Part shown: one piece after another, positions 24,471 through 38,500 of the stretch | Position numbering within the stretch: the stretch's first letter is position 1 | How the letters are laid out: every line of letters begins with the position of its first letter | From: Dicyema japonicum | Taxonomy: Eukaryota; Animalia; Dicyemida | NCBI GenBank assembly: GCA_011109175.1 | Contig: RDEW01000013.1 | Coordinates: 1,051,771 to 1,115,770 of the forward strand | Reading direction: 5' to 3' | Length of the DNA stretch: 64,000 bases | Notes under the pieces: model-generated | Seen by the model: the letters and a program-made list of their open reading frames with translations, nothing else | Told to the model about the DNA's origin: nothing | Databases searched by the model: none | Translations under genes and position numbers: made by a program

Positions 24471-27400
24471 AGTTAGAAATCTGGGAGAACGCATGAGAAT
24501 TCGAAAACTTAAAAAAAGAAAATATGCCCCTCTTGTGGATGCAACATGCATCGTCAAAACGACTGGAGTCTTTGGGCCTGAGAAGGTTCCATTCTTGAAT
24601 CGCTCGGTTCGAGGATTTCCAAAGTAACCGAGGATCTTTTGAAAATGCAATGACTGTTCCAAAGGATTTCTCTGTCAAGAGGACTATCACCCAATTCTTT
24701 CTTTTGAGAAAATCTCGTCTTCGTTTCCTCTTTTACTTATCTTCCCTCGTTTTAGTATAGTGGCGTCCTATCGTCTCAGGTGACGACCAGAATTATTATT
24801 TAGAACCCAGGATCACCTAAAAATAAGATAGAAATAAACTTCAGACAGTTAGGTAATCCAAGTTCTTGCCATCAAACGACTGTGGCCTCCCATTGTTCCC
24901 ACTACACACGAAAGAGGCATCTCTCATCCCTGCAGAAAAATCCGACTGGGGAAAGGAACTTCTTTTCTAATCGAGTTTCTTTTGCGCTTGAAAAAGACAA
25001 GCCAAGCGGGATTTCATCCTCATCACAAAACCGAAAGGATCTGGATCCGCCATTAAGGGTCGTTTCTTCTGTTAATAGGGGGAAAGTTAATCCAACATGA
25101 GGGACCATCATATGTATGGTTTCTGGTACATCGAGTTGAGTCTGTTGAATGAATGTCGGTCATTTGATTTCACCATTAAAGAAGTAAGTATAATGAAATT
25201 ATTTAAAATAATTTTTTTAATTATATTTTTGTTTAATTTATTTTCCCAATAAAATAACATTATGTTAATGTAATCTGAGGAAAGAAATTAGTATTAGTAA
25301 ATTGTCAGATTAGTCTTCATAACCAATTCCAGGGATAGGGTTAACCTTAGGGTTATGAAACAGGGATCGTTTACCATCACCCCATGGATATCTCTACGAT
25401 TACATTGAAAAGTACTCGTTTTCTTGTGTACAAATGGTCATATGGGATATATTCTGGACGGACAAAGTGTTTCTGATGCTCTAATTCTCGTTGGCTGGTA
25501 AAATAAAACACTAAGCCAAGCACGGGAAGTGTTACGTAAAGGGATAGAAATCTCCATTTTCTGTCATGTTCTATAAAATGTTATCATTTTTGTTGTTACC
25601 GTCTGTTGGACGGGCAAATCTTTCGTTAACGTTGAAGAAACGACGAGTAAATTGGGTTGGCCTGCACAACCTCAGCATTGAATTTATTAATTATTAAATA
25701 TTTATTATTTATCATATTATTATTTTATTTAATAAATATATTAATTTCATAATATTGCCTAATTCATTAGTCAAGCGGTCACTTCAAGGATTCTTGGAAG
25801 TCTCTGTATGGTTATAAGTTTTCTATAAAGTTGATGTCGCGGGGGTAAATGAGGAATATCTAATAGATGGTCTAAGAACGTTTTGTCTTAGGAAAGTAGG
25901 TCGACGTCGTCAGCATATATCACTTTTTTATCTTCTCTTAGTATGAGGTTCATAGTTTTCTCATAGTTGCTACAAATATTTTGCGAGCAGTAGAGGGGAG
26001 AGAGTCTCCTTGATTAGTGTCAGAATTTGTTCCGAATTTTTATTAGTAGGTCTTTTTGACTCTCACAGCAAGCTAAGTATTGGAAAGTAAAATTCTGATA
26101 ATTTCTATGTTCAAGTATCCGGTTAGTTAATGACTGTTAATTGTGTCAAAGTTCATTAATGAGGTTATCTGTGGCATATTTTTGTGATATTTCATGAATC
26201 TTAGCATCAAGTGACCTTCACTTAGGTTATCTCAGTTTATGTGATATGTCTTGCATACCCCACTCGCATTTTCCTTCAAGTTTCTCATGGTTGTGCTTCC
26301 TTCGGTTGAAGCATCATCTGGCACATCTCATTCTTTTCTCTTATACCAAGATGCTTCGAAACTGCCTCATCGATTGTTTTCTTTGTATGATCCCTTTAAT
26401 TTCCTAGTAAACAATCGTTGATATATCAATAGGTGAGTGAGTTTCACTGTATTTTGGTTACTTTTTTAGTCTCTGGTTGATAAATGTCGCAATCACCTGA
26501 CAGTTGTCGAATCTTCCCATGAATGTGCATTTAAGAGTGAGTTCTTGTCTTTTATCCGATACATAGTCATCTGCTTATATATGGAAACCAACTACGATTT
26601 TTTCCGCTCTTTTTTGCAGCTATTTTATGTCGGGCAGTGTGCATGAACGCAGTATTAAACAGAAGATGGAAATGTTTAATGTTTCAGAAAAGTTAATTTT
26701 TTCATGAATAAGCAAGTAAATAATTTCAAAAGTTAGTTAGGTGGCATTAGTTCTGCCACGTGGCTTGGATCCTATCGATCATCTTCACTGGGAATCAAAT
26801 GGAGAACATTTGGAAATGAGAGCTCTGCAGTTCCTACCTGGGACTCTATGGAAATCCCTAAACAAAAGAATTATGTCTCGAATGCTATCATCCATCCTTT
26901 CCAACCCCAATGACGGGGGTCGTCTGAAACAGATACACGATTTTGTTTCTACGAGTACCATCCAAAGACTCGATGATAATAAATAATCAGAATCCTCCTT
27001 TCCTAGGGAGTGGTACTACCCCCTCTTTATTGACGTACGCAAGTAAACTGGTTGATGTAAAAGATGTCCTCTGTTTTTTTACAACCTCTTCGAGTTGACA
27101 CAAATCATTTTTCGCCTACAATGCCAATACTGACCGATCTATGGGAGTGATCGGTATTTGCTGCGTACACTCAATATCCGCTGGTCTCCTACTAGTTAGT
27201 GAGGCCGAGTTTACCTAACTAACTTACGTGACTTTGACATTTATCTGTTCCTTCTTCTCATTAGTTGGGCCTCACTGATAAGGAAACCACTTATCCTCTC
27301 CTAGTCAGGCATTGGTTGCTTATACGTATTTGGGTGACACCAATGCTGACACTCGTTCGCTAAATGCGGAATAATTCATGAACCGATCAAGCAAATCGAC

Positions 27401-27949
27401 GAATCAATGAGTAGACGTACTAATCGATATTTTCCCGGTTCTCGTCGAGACTGCATAAAATCTTCATCTCCGGAAGACAACCAATGTATTTTTTGCTTTC
27501 TAGACATTTTCCTCAACTTTTGGATGATCAATAAACAAGGCAGGTCATGTGGCGACTCACTTTCTTTGATTAAGTTTTCTCGAGGAGCTAAAGGCTAACC
27601 TCCAAGTAGAATAAGCGTACTCTATAACCAGCAATAATTTTGTGGAGCAACTACAGATTCATGAGGGGAAAGTTTTTCTTTAGAAAACCCTTAGAACGTG
27701 TCATAGTAAAGAACTTTGTCGGATAACGTGATTTTGACTTTGTGTTGTAATTTCAACCTTCACTTCATTACAACCAAAGACTATACAATGAAGAAGAATT
27801 ATCTTTTTTAAAATACTCGTAAATTAGTTCTGTGTGTCTCAAAATATTAATAATAAATATTTTAATAATAATAATAAATATTAATTATTATAATTAAATT
27901 ATTACCATAAACAATAAGTTGTTTTTTGTTTGCACGTTTATTAACTTTA

Positions 27950-28259
27950 ATGGATGAAAATTTCGAATCAGAATTACATTTCCTCAGAGAAGTCACTAAA
28001 AAACAAAACGACTACAAGTACTAACACCACGTGTCAAAGTTTTAGATTAAAAAGAGCTAAAAATAACAATTCTGTCAAGTTGTGTCGCTTAAAGGCTAAA
28101 CAAGAAGAAAATGAATTAAGCAACGAACTCAAAAACTTAGAAGTAAGACATTATTGTCAATTTGAGGTTGTTCGAAATGAGACACGTGTCAAACTAGCCA
28201 GAGCAATTGAGAAACGAGATAAATTGTGGACAATATATATTAAATTGAGGGAGAAATAA
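27950..28259 (+). CDS. Small C/EBP-like bZIP transcription factor, about 87 aa
   Basis: Basic region FRLKRAKNNNSVKLCRLKAK resembles C/EBP RRERNNxAVxKSRxK. Proposed introns are 28018-28039 (22 nt) and 28143-28166 (24 nt, in frame). Flanks are AT-rich. Confidence 0.75.
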
Positions 28260-28739
28260 AATTGTAAAAAAATAAATAATAATTTTGTTAATAATTTTTA
28301 TATTTTAAATTTAATCACATGTGTTTTGTATTTCACTTCAGAAACTATTTTGTTTTTTGGTTTGGCTGGTGACTGGCTCTTAAACATTATCCCCGGAAAA
28401 TACGGAATTTATCGGTCAGATTTCCCTCTCTAGGGTCTAGACATTCAATCAGAAGGACCTCCAGTACATGAAAAATACTTTGTCTGGAACTGGGACACCC
28501 GCAAACGCGAACACGAGGATTATTTGTTTCGGGCACTCAGCGTTTCCGTGATCTATCAAAGGCAGACCTTCCTTGATGAAGACCTTAAGCAAATCGGAAG
28601 AGTCTGTTGGACATGGCAGGAGTGGTCAGATATCAAAGAAGTCGACCCTCGCAAATTGGCCATTGTCGGTTCACTAGAATTTTTTATTCAATTTGAAAAA
28701 ATAACATGAAAAAAATTAAATCAAAATTTTATAACAAAA

Positions 28740-29480
28740 ATTTCTAAAAACAGTTAAAAAAAATTATTTTATTCGAACAAATAAAAAAACAGCGAACAAA
28801 GAATTTTATGGAAAGATGCCTCAAATGATCAAAAAATTTATTCAAGTTCATTAAATGTTTTGTTAAAAAACCCTAAACTTGATAGGATCGAAAATGTCTG
28901 TTTTTCTGATTGCTGTATCTTTAAAATATATTTCAAGATTTTCGTTATTGGAGTAATTTAAAACTCTGAAACGATTTCTGATCATAAGAGACACGTCTTT
29001 AAAATTTTAGTAACTTTGCAGAAACCCTTCTGTGGAATGAGCTATAATGTAATCCAGTTTCATCCGGATTACAGATTTGGTCGGGTTCATGTGCTATTAA
29101 AATTTATGTCTTCAAAAAAGGAGTCAATGTTTATGGATGTTCCGCATTTTTCCATGTAACTTGAGTATTGTAAATCCCTGTCTTTTAATTTAACCAAAAA
29201 TCAATTAGAATTTTTGAAATTACGAGTGTAACTCATTCCGAAAAATGTGGCCTTAGTTAACCACCTAAAAATTGATTTTTTCGAAAAATACCTTTAGACC
29301 CTACTACTTCCATCCATTCTACCAACTTCTCTTCAAGCGTTGAAAACTTTGGTTTATGTGCAGCTTTAATTACAGTTGATATTTTTTGAATCTTCAAAAT
29401 AATGTCTTTTTTAGTAAAAGATTATTTATTGTTTTTCTCGATATCGTCTTTCGATACAATGCAAGAATCCATCAGCTAAC
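28740..29480 (-). mobile_element. pogo/Tigger transposase remnant
   Basis: KFSTLEEKLVEWMEVVGSKG (CENP-B-type HTH) and EPDQICNPDETGLHY (first catalytic D motif). Confidence 0.75.
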
Positions 29481-29624
29481 TACTGGCACGAAATAGCAAC
29501 ATTTTTTTACTTTATAATTTGAGTTTTTTGAATAATGCGAGTATAGCGTCCACAAAAAGCATTCGAAGACATGTGTTATAAAATTTTTATTTTTCCAATT
29601 TTTATTAAAATTTGCCAATTGATG

Positions 29625-29828
29625 TCGCGGCCCTAATGTCTGCTAATTCACGGAGTAAGCGTTTCCGCGAACAACTGCGATACCAATTCTTTGCCTCAGC
29701 CAGACCGCTTCCCGCACGTCTTTCTTGCAGTGGCATTTTCCCCCGATTTCCTTTAGGAAAGAGGCTGTAATACTTCCGGCCGCACCAGACGTCTCGATTG
29801 CTACTGGTACAAAACGGTAGCGGTCTCC
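29625..29828 (-). mobile_element. CRE 3'-end stub
   Basis: DRYRFVPVAIETSGAAGSITASFLKEIGG...WLRQRIGIAVVRGNAYSV. Confidence 0.85.
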
Positions 29829-31075
29829 AATTTTTTAACTAATTTACAAGAACTTCGGTCGCACACAATTTGGTTAGGGATTAGTTGATTTCTCTTGTTA
29901 CGTGCTTTATCACGCATTGCGTATAATAATAAACTGCTATCAACGTCATCTAATTTAAAGTGCATGCTTTTTGCAGTGCTTCTGCTACTTCATAAAAGTA
30001 TACCCCTTCAATTCAACATTAACGAATCAAAAATAGATTTTTTACAACCCAAAGTTCAAAAACTATTCAAGATTATCTCTGAACTGAGAAATAACTCTCA
30101 TTGAGGTTGTCCGAGTGATAACTCGTGTAAATATCTGACAAATACGCCACAACCCGATCAACATTGCCATTAATAAGCTTAAAAAATAATTAGAAAACAC
30201 GAACTGATCTACTTTAAACGTTAGGAGTCGAAACAAGGTTGTATAAATGTAAACAAATAATCAGATTCCTAGTCGACCCAGAAATTCCAACGTTGAGGAT
30301 CCAATGGCACTGGAATTCTCCACAGCTAAAGAAGTAAAGAGGCTTTCTCAACGACCAAACAGTCTGGTAGATTTTGTCTATGGCGAAGGTACCCATACAA
30401 GTGACCAGAAGCTTTCCTGCTTTAAATGAGTATCCTATCTGGCCGTTTTCCATTATTCCTACACGAGGTGACAAATAAAAAAATTTGAGTTGATCAACTG
30501 TCTGTCAAGTGGATATTTTAGCTTCTTGGAAGTGTGCTCTATCGACCATATGGTAACATGCTTCAACAGTATCATCTGCGAGGCAGAAAACTACTCATCC
30601 AAAAAAATTTCCCCTTCTCGACACTTTAACACAAAAATTTATCAAAGGACGAAATAGTTGGAAGAGAAAGCCATGGACTAAGACAAGAAAATCAGATGAC
30701 TGGATTGTGTTTACCTGAGATGACTTTCATCGATATATCTCGATGGACCGCAACTCAAAAGCCGGATTCCATCGTCATGTAACTAAAGCACATCGGTCCC
30801 AAGAAATAGAACTAATAGGTTTCCAATGAAATCTTTCCTGATATCAGACAATATAAACGAGCCTATAGACTCGGTTTTGAGGATAATTCTCTCAAAGCAC
30901 ATTTTGGACACTGATTCATCCGAATATTGAATTTTTGTTGGTAAACTTTGTGACTGGAAGATGATGTCAAGTGAAATGTGACCAAATAATATCGAAACTC
31001 GTTCCCTTCCATTGAGTGTCTTTAGGTTATTTCATTTCACTAGCATTGTTCGACCTATACACGATATGCGATAAC

Positions 31076-31454
31076 GGTTCACGGATAATTCGTCTAAAGA
31101 AATTCGTCTAATTTGCACGTTCGATCTATTTAAATCCAAAGTTTATCTCATTGTTTTACCAAAATTACTAATTAAAACCGAAAAAAACAAAATTTGAATG
31201 AATCATTATTCGAACAATTTGTAGCTGGAAAACAGGTACAATCCCAAAAAAGTGTTTTCGCGAAAGTGCTTCACGCATAAAAAGAATTGTTGAAAATTTT
31301 AGATTTGACAATATAAACGATATCTTAGAGGAATAGCTCACAATATTTTTTTCAAATATCTTAAATAAAATGATTTAATTGTTATTAGACAAACATGACG
31401 ATTTAGACAAATTGTTAATTAGACGAATTGTTTTAGATGAATTTTCTGGTTACC
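31076..31454. mobile_element. MULE-type MITE
   Basis: Imperfect TIRs with aattcgtctaa subrepeats; 10-bp TSD atgcgataac (31066-31075) and atgcaataac (31455-31464). Confidence 0.82.
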
Positions 31455-31560
31455 ATGCAATAACATGAAAATTGTATCATATTTTCCTATGCAGATGATA
31501 TTGTCAGGGAAACATCTGGGTCATGCAAGAAATGCTTGACTCCATAGTTTTCCCAGCTAT

Positions 31561-31722
31561 TATAGGGTTTCCCGACTAATAGCGTCACTTTCCAACCATT
31601 AACGTCACTTTCCGATCATTAACGTAAATTTTTCGGTCAATAGCGTCACTTTCCCGACCATTAAAGTCACTTTTCCGTTCAATAGCGTAACTTTCCAGAC
31701 TAATAGCGTAATTTTCTAGTCA
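31561..31722 (+). repeat. Tandem ~21-bp subterminal repeats (tttcccgaccaatagcgtcac) starting at a transposon-like terminus
   Basis: About 7 degenerate units. The same terminus occurs inverted at about 20153-20188 and partly at about 32690-32710. Confidence 0.7.
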
Positions 31723-34709
31723 TAATTATTAAAGCAACATACATAAAACCATAATAGTATCACCCATGTGCCGCTAGAAACTATCAAACTAACTAAGCGA
31801 TTCCACCTTCCGTGGTTATGCGCAAGTTCTCTCGAGTAATCCAGATGTTCTCCGCAGTTCAATTTACTGTTGGGATACTTGAGATAAGTATCGAATATTT
31901 CAAGTAGTATGATTCGTCAGAACTGATCAAGTTCTTCTGTATTCCTCATCCGAGACATTATTCTAATCTTTAATTTAATTTAATTAATCCCGGATACACC
32001 GAGAAAGAAGTTAAAGTAAACAACTAATTCAGTGTATCCAGTTTCCACTTCTACAGAAACAGAGTCCATCCGGAATCAACATAAAGGTAAAAGACGTCCA
32101 TTACTTGTAGTTGTGGAAACCCTCCAGTGGAGTGGGGAAAAGCAAATGATCCTTTTTCGTGCCGGCCTGGCACTGGCGTCAACTTCACCAATTAACCACG
32201 CAACACCACATGGCGCCACTCGGCTGATCATTAATTTTGGATATAATATTTTTTGGTTAAAAGAACATCGTGAAACTCATGAAATTAAAATAAAATTTTA
32301 TAAAATTCATTTTTTATTTAAAAAAATTCAATATGCAAAGTGATCCTAGTGCAAAAAGTAGACTTGTGAAAACTAATAGTAGAACACACCAATACAACCA
32401 TTTCACATATGCTGAATATTCCCAAGAACAACTTTTTTGGGAATTGTTTCAAAATTGTATTCACAACAACTTCTGTGGTGGTGACAGTAGGACGAAACAA
32501 ACCGCGGAGCAGAAGCATATCAAATCTTGTAAAGAATTGACCGAAACAGCAAACTTACCTGTTTATATTTACTCCCTTACTCATCATTATTATCCAAAAT
32601 GATTGTTCTGGGTTTTTCGGAAATATGCTTCGGTATTTACCAACTATTTTTTACTTTGTTGTTTGTCACATATTTTGTTTTTTACGCTTAAAAATTTAGT
32701 GACGCTATTTTATTTATTTGCAACAACCCAAGACCACGGTAAAACCAAACTAATTAGCACGTGATCCCGATGCGTTCTAACAGTGACCCCGGTATCTTAC
32801 CTCGTTCCTGCGTATAATGTTACATGACGGCTGACTGATTTACGGGGTCGAATTCTGAAATCTAGTCTCACAAGGACCTTTAAAGGCGTCGATCAGGTTC
32901 AGTGATCTCATAAAAATCTTACGCTCCGTTACTCTGAAAGCCTTCTCTTGGATTACCTCGATCTTCTCATATTTGTCTATATATGCATGTGAGAAACATG
33001 ACTCGATGTACTGTCTGTACAAGTTCATCATGACCGGGTGAGTACTAATCTTTCATATTCTCGTTAAATTTTTTAATACATTCAGTTTTTTTCATGTTTC
33101 ACAGAAATATTTTCTACGTGTGGACAAGATGCTTATCAAATGTCACGATCCCTTGACTCGGTCAGAAAAAGGTTAAAAAAAGCAGGGAATAAAGTAACAC
33201 TCTTGTGGGACTACGCTGAGAAGGAGACGTACCTTGGTGATCCACAGCTTGAGCTTTCCTGGGATCCCCAATTGAAATTTTTTTCCCGATAGTATCTTCC
33301 TCGAGACTCCGTGAACGCTTGTGTTTTAAATGTCTCGGATTGTTTTCAAATCCGACTCGAATCAAGTCAACCACGGCAAACATCCTGAGAGTCATGTTTG
33401 ACTAAAGACTTTCACTTAACATGTGGATAGAATGACGATCCTAAAGAACGTCTCAAAGGGTTTTGGAAGCAATGCTAGATCCCTCACCGCCAATATCGGC
33501 CTAAGCGAATGCATAGAGGTAAGTGAACATCAATACAAAGTCTTGCCCTCTTAGGAACTCAAGCCAACCCCCTTTGACTCATATCCCTCATTTCATTCAA
33601 AATGAGATAAAAACACATTCACAATATCATACACATTATTAGGATGCGCCTAAGCCAGTGAGTACCATCAGTATAAGCAAACGTCCATTGGCTGAGCTAA
33701 ATTCTCAGATTCAACATTTTCGAGTATCATTTCCAATTTAGAATGGAACACGCGGAGAATCAACGGTTTACAACGGGAAGATGTGGGCATCCTCTTATCA
33801 TTTTTTCGCCTTTCCCAGAGATTAGCATTATTCCAGGAAAGGCCATTAAAACTGTCTTGGCTAATATTACTTCAAATCTAGAAATGGAGGAGCCACTGGG
33901 ATTCACAGACACTATGGCTTCTGAGGGTAAGCCCAGTCACTTGACTTCCTGTTAATATACCACACTCTCGACGATGTTTTTAGGAAAAAAGAAATCTATA
34001 TACGTGGCGTCCTTGACCATCAAATTTACGTGTAGAGGTGACATAGAAGATGGAGTCGATTGTTTTGAGTTGTATCTTCGAGAAGCAAGGTGTCCCCCTA
34101 AATAGCGTAGTCCAAGTGTTCCATGAGAATCCAAATTAGGAGACCATATATGTGTTCACAATCAGACCGAGGCTGAAAGTTTCCATTTGTTTTGTGTGAA
34201 TTTAAAGTCAACTATTAAGGTCCCAAAAAAATGTGTGAATATTTTCTTTCACAGTAGATGTGAGTGATTTATTTTTTTCCTCTCCCATGGCTGTGAATGA
34301 CATAGTATTCATGGGCGAAGCAAAATAATCGGCCTGTCGTCTTAATACATAAAGACTTATGAGTCCTCGCATGGATGTTTGAAATCACATGATCATTTTC
34401 AAATTCCTAGTCATCTCATGTGGCTAGCCCACATTCGGAAGTAAATCAAGGTTAAATCAAAACACAGCAGAGTAAATAAATTGGTCCCCATTTTTTTCGC
34501 TCGATCGATAATGTTGTGCAAGATATTTTTACTCCCATCGATTTATGGTATCTAGAGGACATGGCCCACTAACAGAAGACCTAGTCCGTCGGATCCGCTG
34601 AATAATCTAAGAGGTAACGAATAATAGATGGGAGACTATGTGGATTCCAGAGCTTCTCTCGATAATTATCGTCAGAGGAAAGAGCCTTGCTATTCCAGAG
34701 ACATAAATT

Positions 34710-34912
34710 TTTTTTACTAAAAACAATTATTGAACAAAGAAACAAATGTTAGTTGAGGAAGCCGGCTGCGTGGATCGCGAACGAGTTTTCTCGGAGCATG
34801 GCCATTCCAATCTTTTGTCCTTCTCGTTGATTCCTTTTCTTTCTGGCAAGCATTCCTCCGAGTTGGCGCAAGAACTTACCCGTCATTGGACCAACGACTC
34901 CCGATGACTCGC
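34710..34912 (-). mobile_element. 5'-truncated CRE stub with A tail and TSD
   Basis: ESSGVVGPMTGKFLRQLGGMLARKKRNQREG...AAGFLN*; 12-bp TSD gagacataaatt at 34698-34709 and 34913-34924. Confidence 0.88.
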
Positions 34913-35540
34913 GAGACATAAATTAAATTATTTTTTTATTTCCATAAGTTTTTTTTTATATTAAATAAATAGATATTTAACGCAAAAACTAACAATTAAC
35001 AACTATTGGCTGCTCTCATAATTGAGAACGCATTTCCCCTGACGATTTGCGTTCTCAATGACCTGGGTCCTTTCTCTCCTATCATTTTTCTTCTTCACGA
35101 TGAGCGATCCGATTCTGTCTAACAAGACCTGATTCCTGACGTTTCCACAACGACTGGTTCAAGAATGAACTGTTCACCAAGACATACGTATTTCTTCATC
35201 TTTAGGGTCTCAGCCTTTTCTGAAGTAAAGCCTGGGTTAGTGCTGTCACAACAAGGTTGGGAGAGAGGCTATCCACACAGGTGGCGTCCCAGGCAAGGTA
35301 TCTACCCGTTTCCCATGCGAATATAGTAGTTCCCTCCGGTCTTTGGTTGGCCGGGGCGAGTCCGTGCGGTTCCAATTGGACAGGAAATCTGGCACGCTCA
35401 AGTCCCTATGCAATAACTCCGTTGATTGCGACGTGTCTTGGACTCCTTCAGCACTGCTTGGCAGGAAAGAGCGTTTCCTTAATTATATCTTTAATAATTA
35501 AAAAATAAAAAATAGATTAATTTATTTAAAATTTAAACCA

Positions 35541-38500
35541 ATGCAATTAAGTGATTACATTCAGCACATACACAGACCAATAATCGGTATTAAATGTTCA
35601 GAAGAAATCTACACATTATTTCCAGATTATCCTAGTATCTCCCAACTATTCGACCTTTATATAAATAAAAATCTAACACGTACTCCATATTTACCATTTA
35701 GTCCAATTTCAAGATCACAACGGACACCTAGTTAAAATTCCAGAATTTAACTTTCAATTTAAAGACATTAACTCTCTTCCTACTATCCCTGTTCAATTCA
35801 TGGATTTCCTCCCTTCTACCGACCTATCCGAAGACTCAGTGACTAATGACTTGCATAATCTTTCAATTAGAGACCAACTGCTTACCAAATGCGGTCTTAA
35901 CTACATCACTACTTTCGAGAAATTAGAATACGAGTTTTATGACAAATATATTGGGGGTGAGAGTTATATCTAATATAGTTATTTTTATTATTTCCTCCCA
36001 AGATACTAATGCCGATACTGTCAAAAAACTCAAATCAATGACCAGTCAAGTTTTTGGCGCCAATAAAGATTCATATTTATTAGTCATGATATCCCAACTG
36101 CAATTCTTATTATGAATACGGAATCTCCCACAGACACAAAATGATTGAATCTGTATCGTATGCATTTGGGCGGGCATTTACGGCTGTTTTAGACATTGAT
36201 AAGGTTGATTTATATATTTAAATAGTTGGGGGACTTTTTCTCTAATTATTTTCGTTCTTGTGTTGCCCCGTGGATAGAAAAACAGTTGAATGGTCTCCAT
36301 AACATTCTCTCAAACCGACGGGGACTACAAAAGTCATTTCTATTTGCGGCAAAGCGGATATTTTCAACCTCCAAGTCGAATTATACTACAGTAACGACTC
36401 AGTCTGGTGTAGCAAGATCAATGTAGCGTATAATTTAAATGCAAAGTTATTCTACAGACTCTGAAGAAATGCAACTCAAGAAATGGGCGGATTTTGCTTT
36501 CATGTTTCGGTTTTACTCGCTCTCTGCCGAAGCCTACACATTTCTGAGAAAAGATTTCAAGGACCATCGCTGCTTGTTCCAATATGCCAATGCTCAAGAG
36601 ATGTTGGCCATATCTACTCTCCTTGCCCCTGAACTGAACTACAACAGTGAAGCCGCGTCCCTCGCTTTTTCGTGCTATGTGAACTCATGCAAGTAAGTCT
36701 AACTCAAACCAATAGGTTCTTTCCTGCCGGCTTTCGCGCTTTTATATATAGGTTGTTACCATGGCAACCAAATCTGGGTGATTTTCTGAGTTTTACTAAA
36801 GAAATGCAATCACTGATGGAAATTGTATATGCATTTATTATGATAGAGTGACAATTTCTTTATAACTGCTCTGATTTCGAGGGAGATTGCCCTCATGTGG
36901 AAGTATCTGTTTCCTAATAGGAATGCAAAATATGTCTTCTTTATGATGAAGGCTGCCTTAGGTTTCAATCAGATTAAATTTTCTGTTTTTTCTCTATTTA
37001 TTTTTAGAAGAAATTGGCTGAACAAATTTTGTCACGTGTAAATGAACTTTGTCCTTCAAATTGGAATTTGATTAATGTTTTGGAATTTATAACTGTGTAG
37101 TCCTCAGTGACGATGAATTATGTGAGAATACTACCACCAACAGGCAACGTTGACACACTAGTTCAGTTATACTCTAATTTGGTACATTACTGCAAGGATG
37201 ATGGGGACAGACAGTTTGAATGTTTTAGAATGTTGATTAAGACAATGGTTTTTATATTTTTAAACCCAGAATCTAAAATCCGATGAGTTTGCCGACCCTT
37301 CTTACCTCTCGCTAGAATGTGAGACACGTGCGTATCTGAATTCATACGACAGTTTTATTTTCAATTAACTAGGCACTAAATCATCCTATGTGAGTGGGAC
37401 CTCTTTTATGTTAGAGTCAATTGAAGAGTCTGCCTTCCTTTACTATTCGGCTATTCGTGGTAGTACGTTGTGCCGTTCAGGAGTGGGGTTAGAATGCACT
37501 CAGGATGAGAGCATTGGAATTGGGGGTATTTACTGTCGATTTATTTAGAAAATATACGAATATTTGCTAAATTGTCAAATTATTTGGATATTTCATATGA
37601 TTATTGTAATATTTTCATGAATTGGTCATACATTGGGGAGACCACCTGTGATTTTGTCTTGGAGGAGCAGAATACTTGTGAATTTATGGAATTATCTGAT
37701 CCTATCAAACTTAGAAATATCACTAACAGTTCTGTAGAACTGAAAATGAGTGTTTGTCCCCTCAAAGAAGGTCGATTTACCCTCAAATCAATCTGTTTTA
37801 ATGTCAGGGGGACTACTTTCGACGGTCAAACAACCGATTGGTTACCCCTAAGACTCCCTCTGAATTCAATAAATTTGAGTGTGGTGGAGTCTATGCCCTT
37901 ATTAAAGGTATCGACAATACAAATTTAGATTGTACCAGCCTCAACCCGTCTATTGATCCGCAACGGAGAAATTGGACGATTAAGCTGTAATATTGAAAAT
38001 ATTGGATTAGTCAGCCTGACTAGTCCCCTTAGGATATTCACCCTACACTCCAATATTACACAAAACTCCATTCCATCCAACAACCTAGAACTGCAAAATA
38101 TTCCAATTCTTGGGTTCAAGGAGAGTTGTAATGTGGAGTTGTTTGTCAGCAATGTCCACAATGACAAATTTTGTATGCTTTTTGCTCACTGTGCCGGTTC
38201 CAAACTGTATTCTTTATTTACAGCTTAGAATTCGTATTTCACACGTAATCATTGATGTTGTCTGTAAATCGAGTGTTCGCTGTCATCTGAATACAATTCC
38301 CCCACAACTTGGAGAATTCTATTATCACCGTAAAGCATTTACACTGTCCACTAATTTCTCATCACTTTCCGTGGTAAACAGGGAAGTTTATCGTCCTATT
38401 TCAATCACGTGTTATTCAAACCAAGCTCTTATCATAAAGTTGAATGTGCAGACATACACGTGTCAAATGGAAAGTCACTGACCTTTGTGGCGTATTTCAA

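Noticed and set aside
31561-31722. CRISPR-like array
   Set aside because: Contiguous degenerate repeats without unique spacers, in eukaryotic context.
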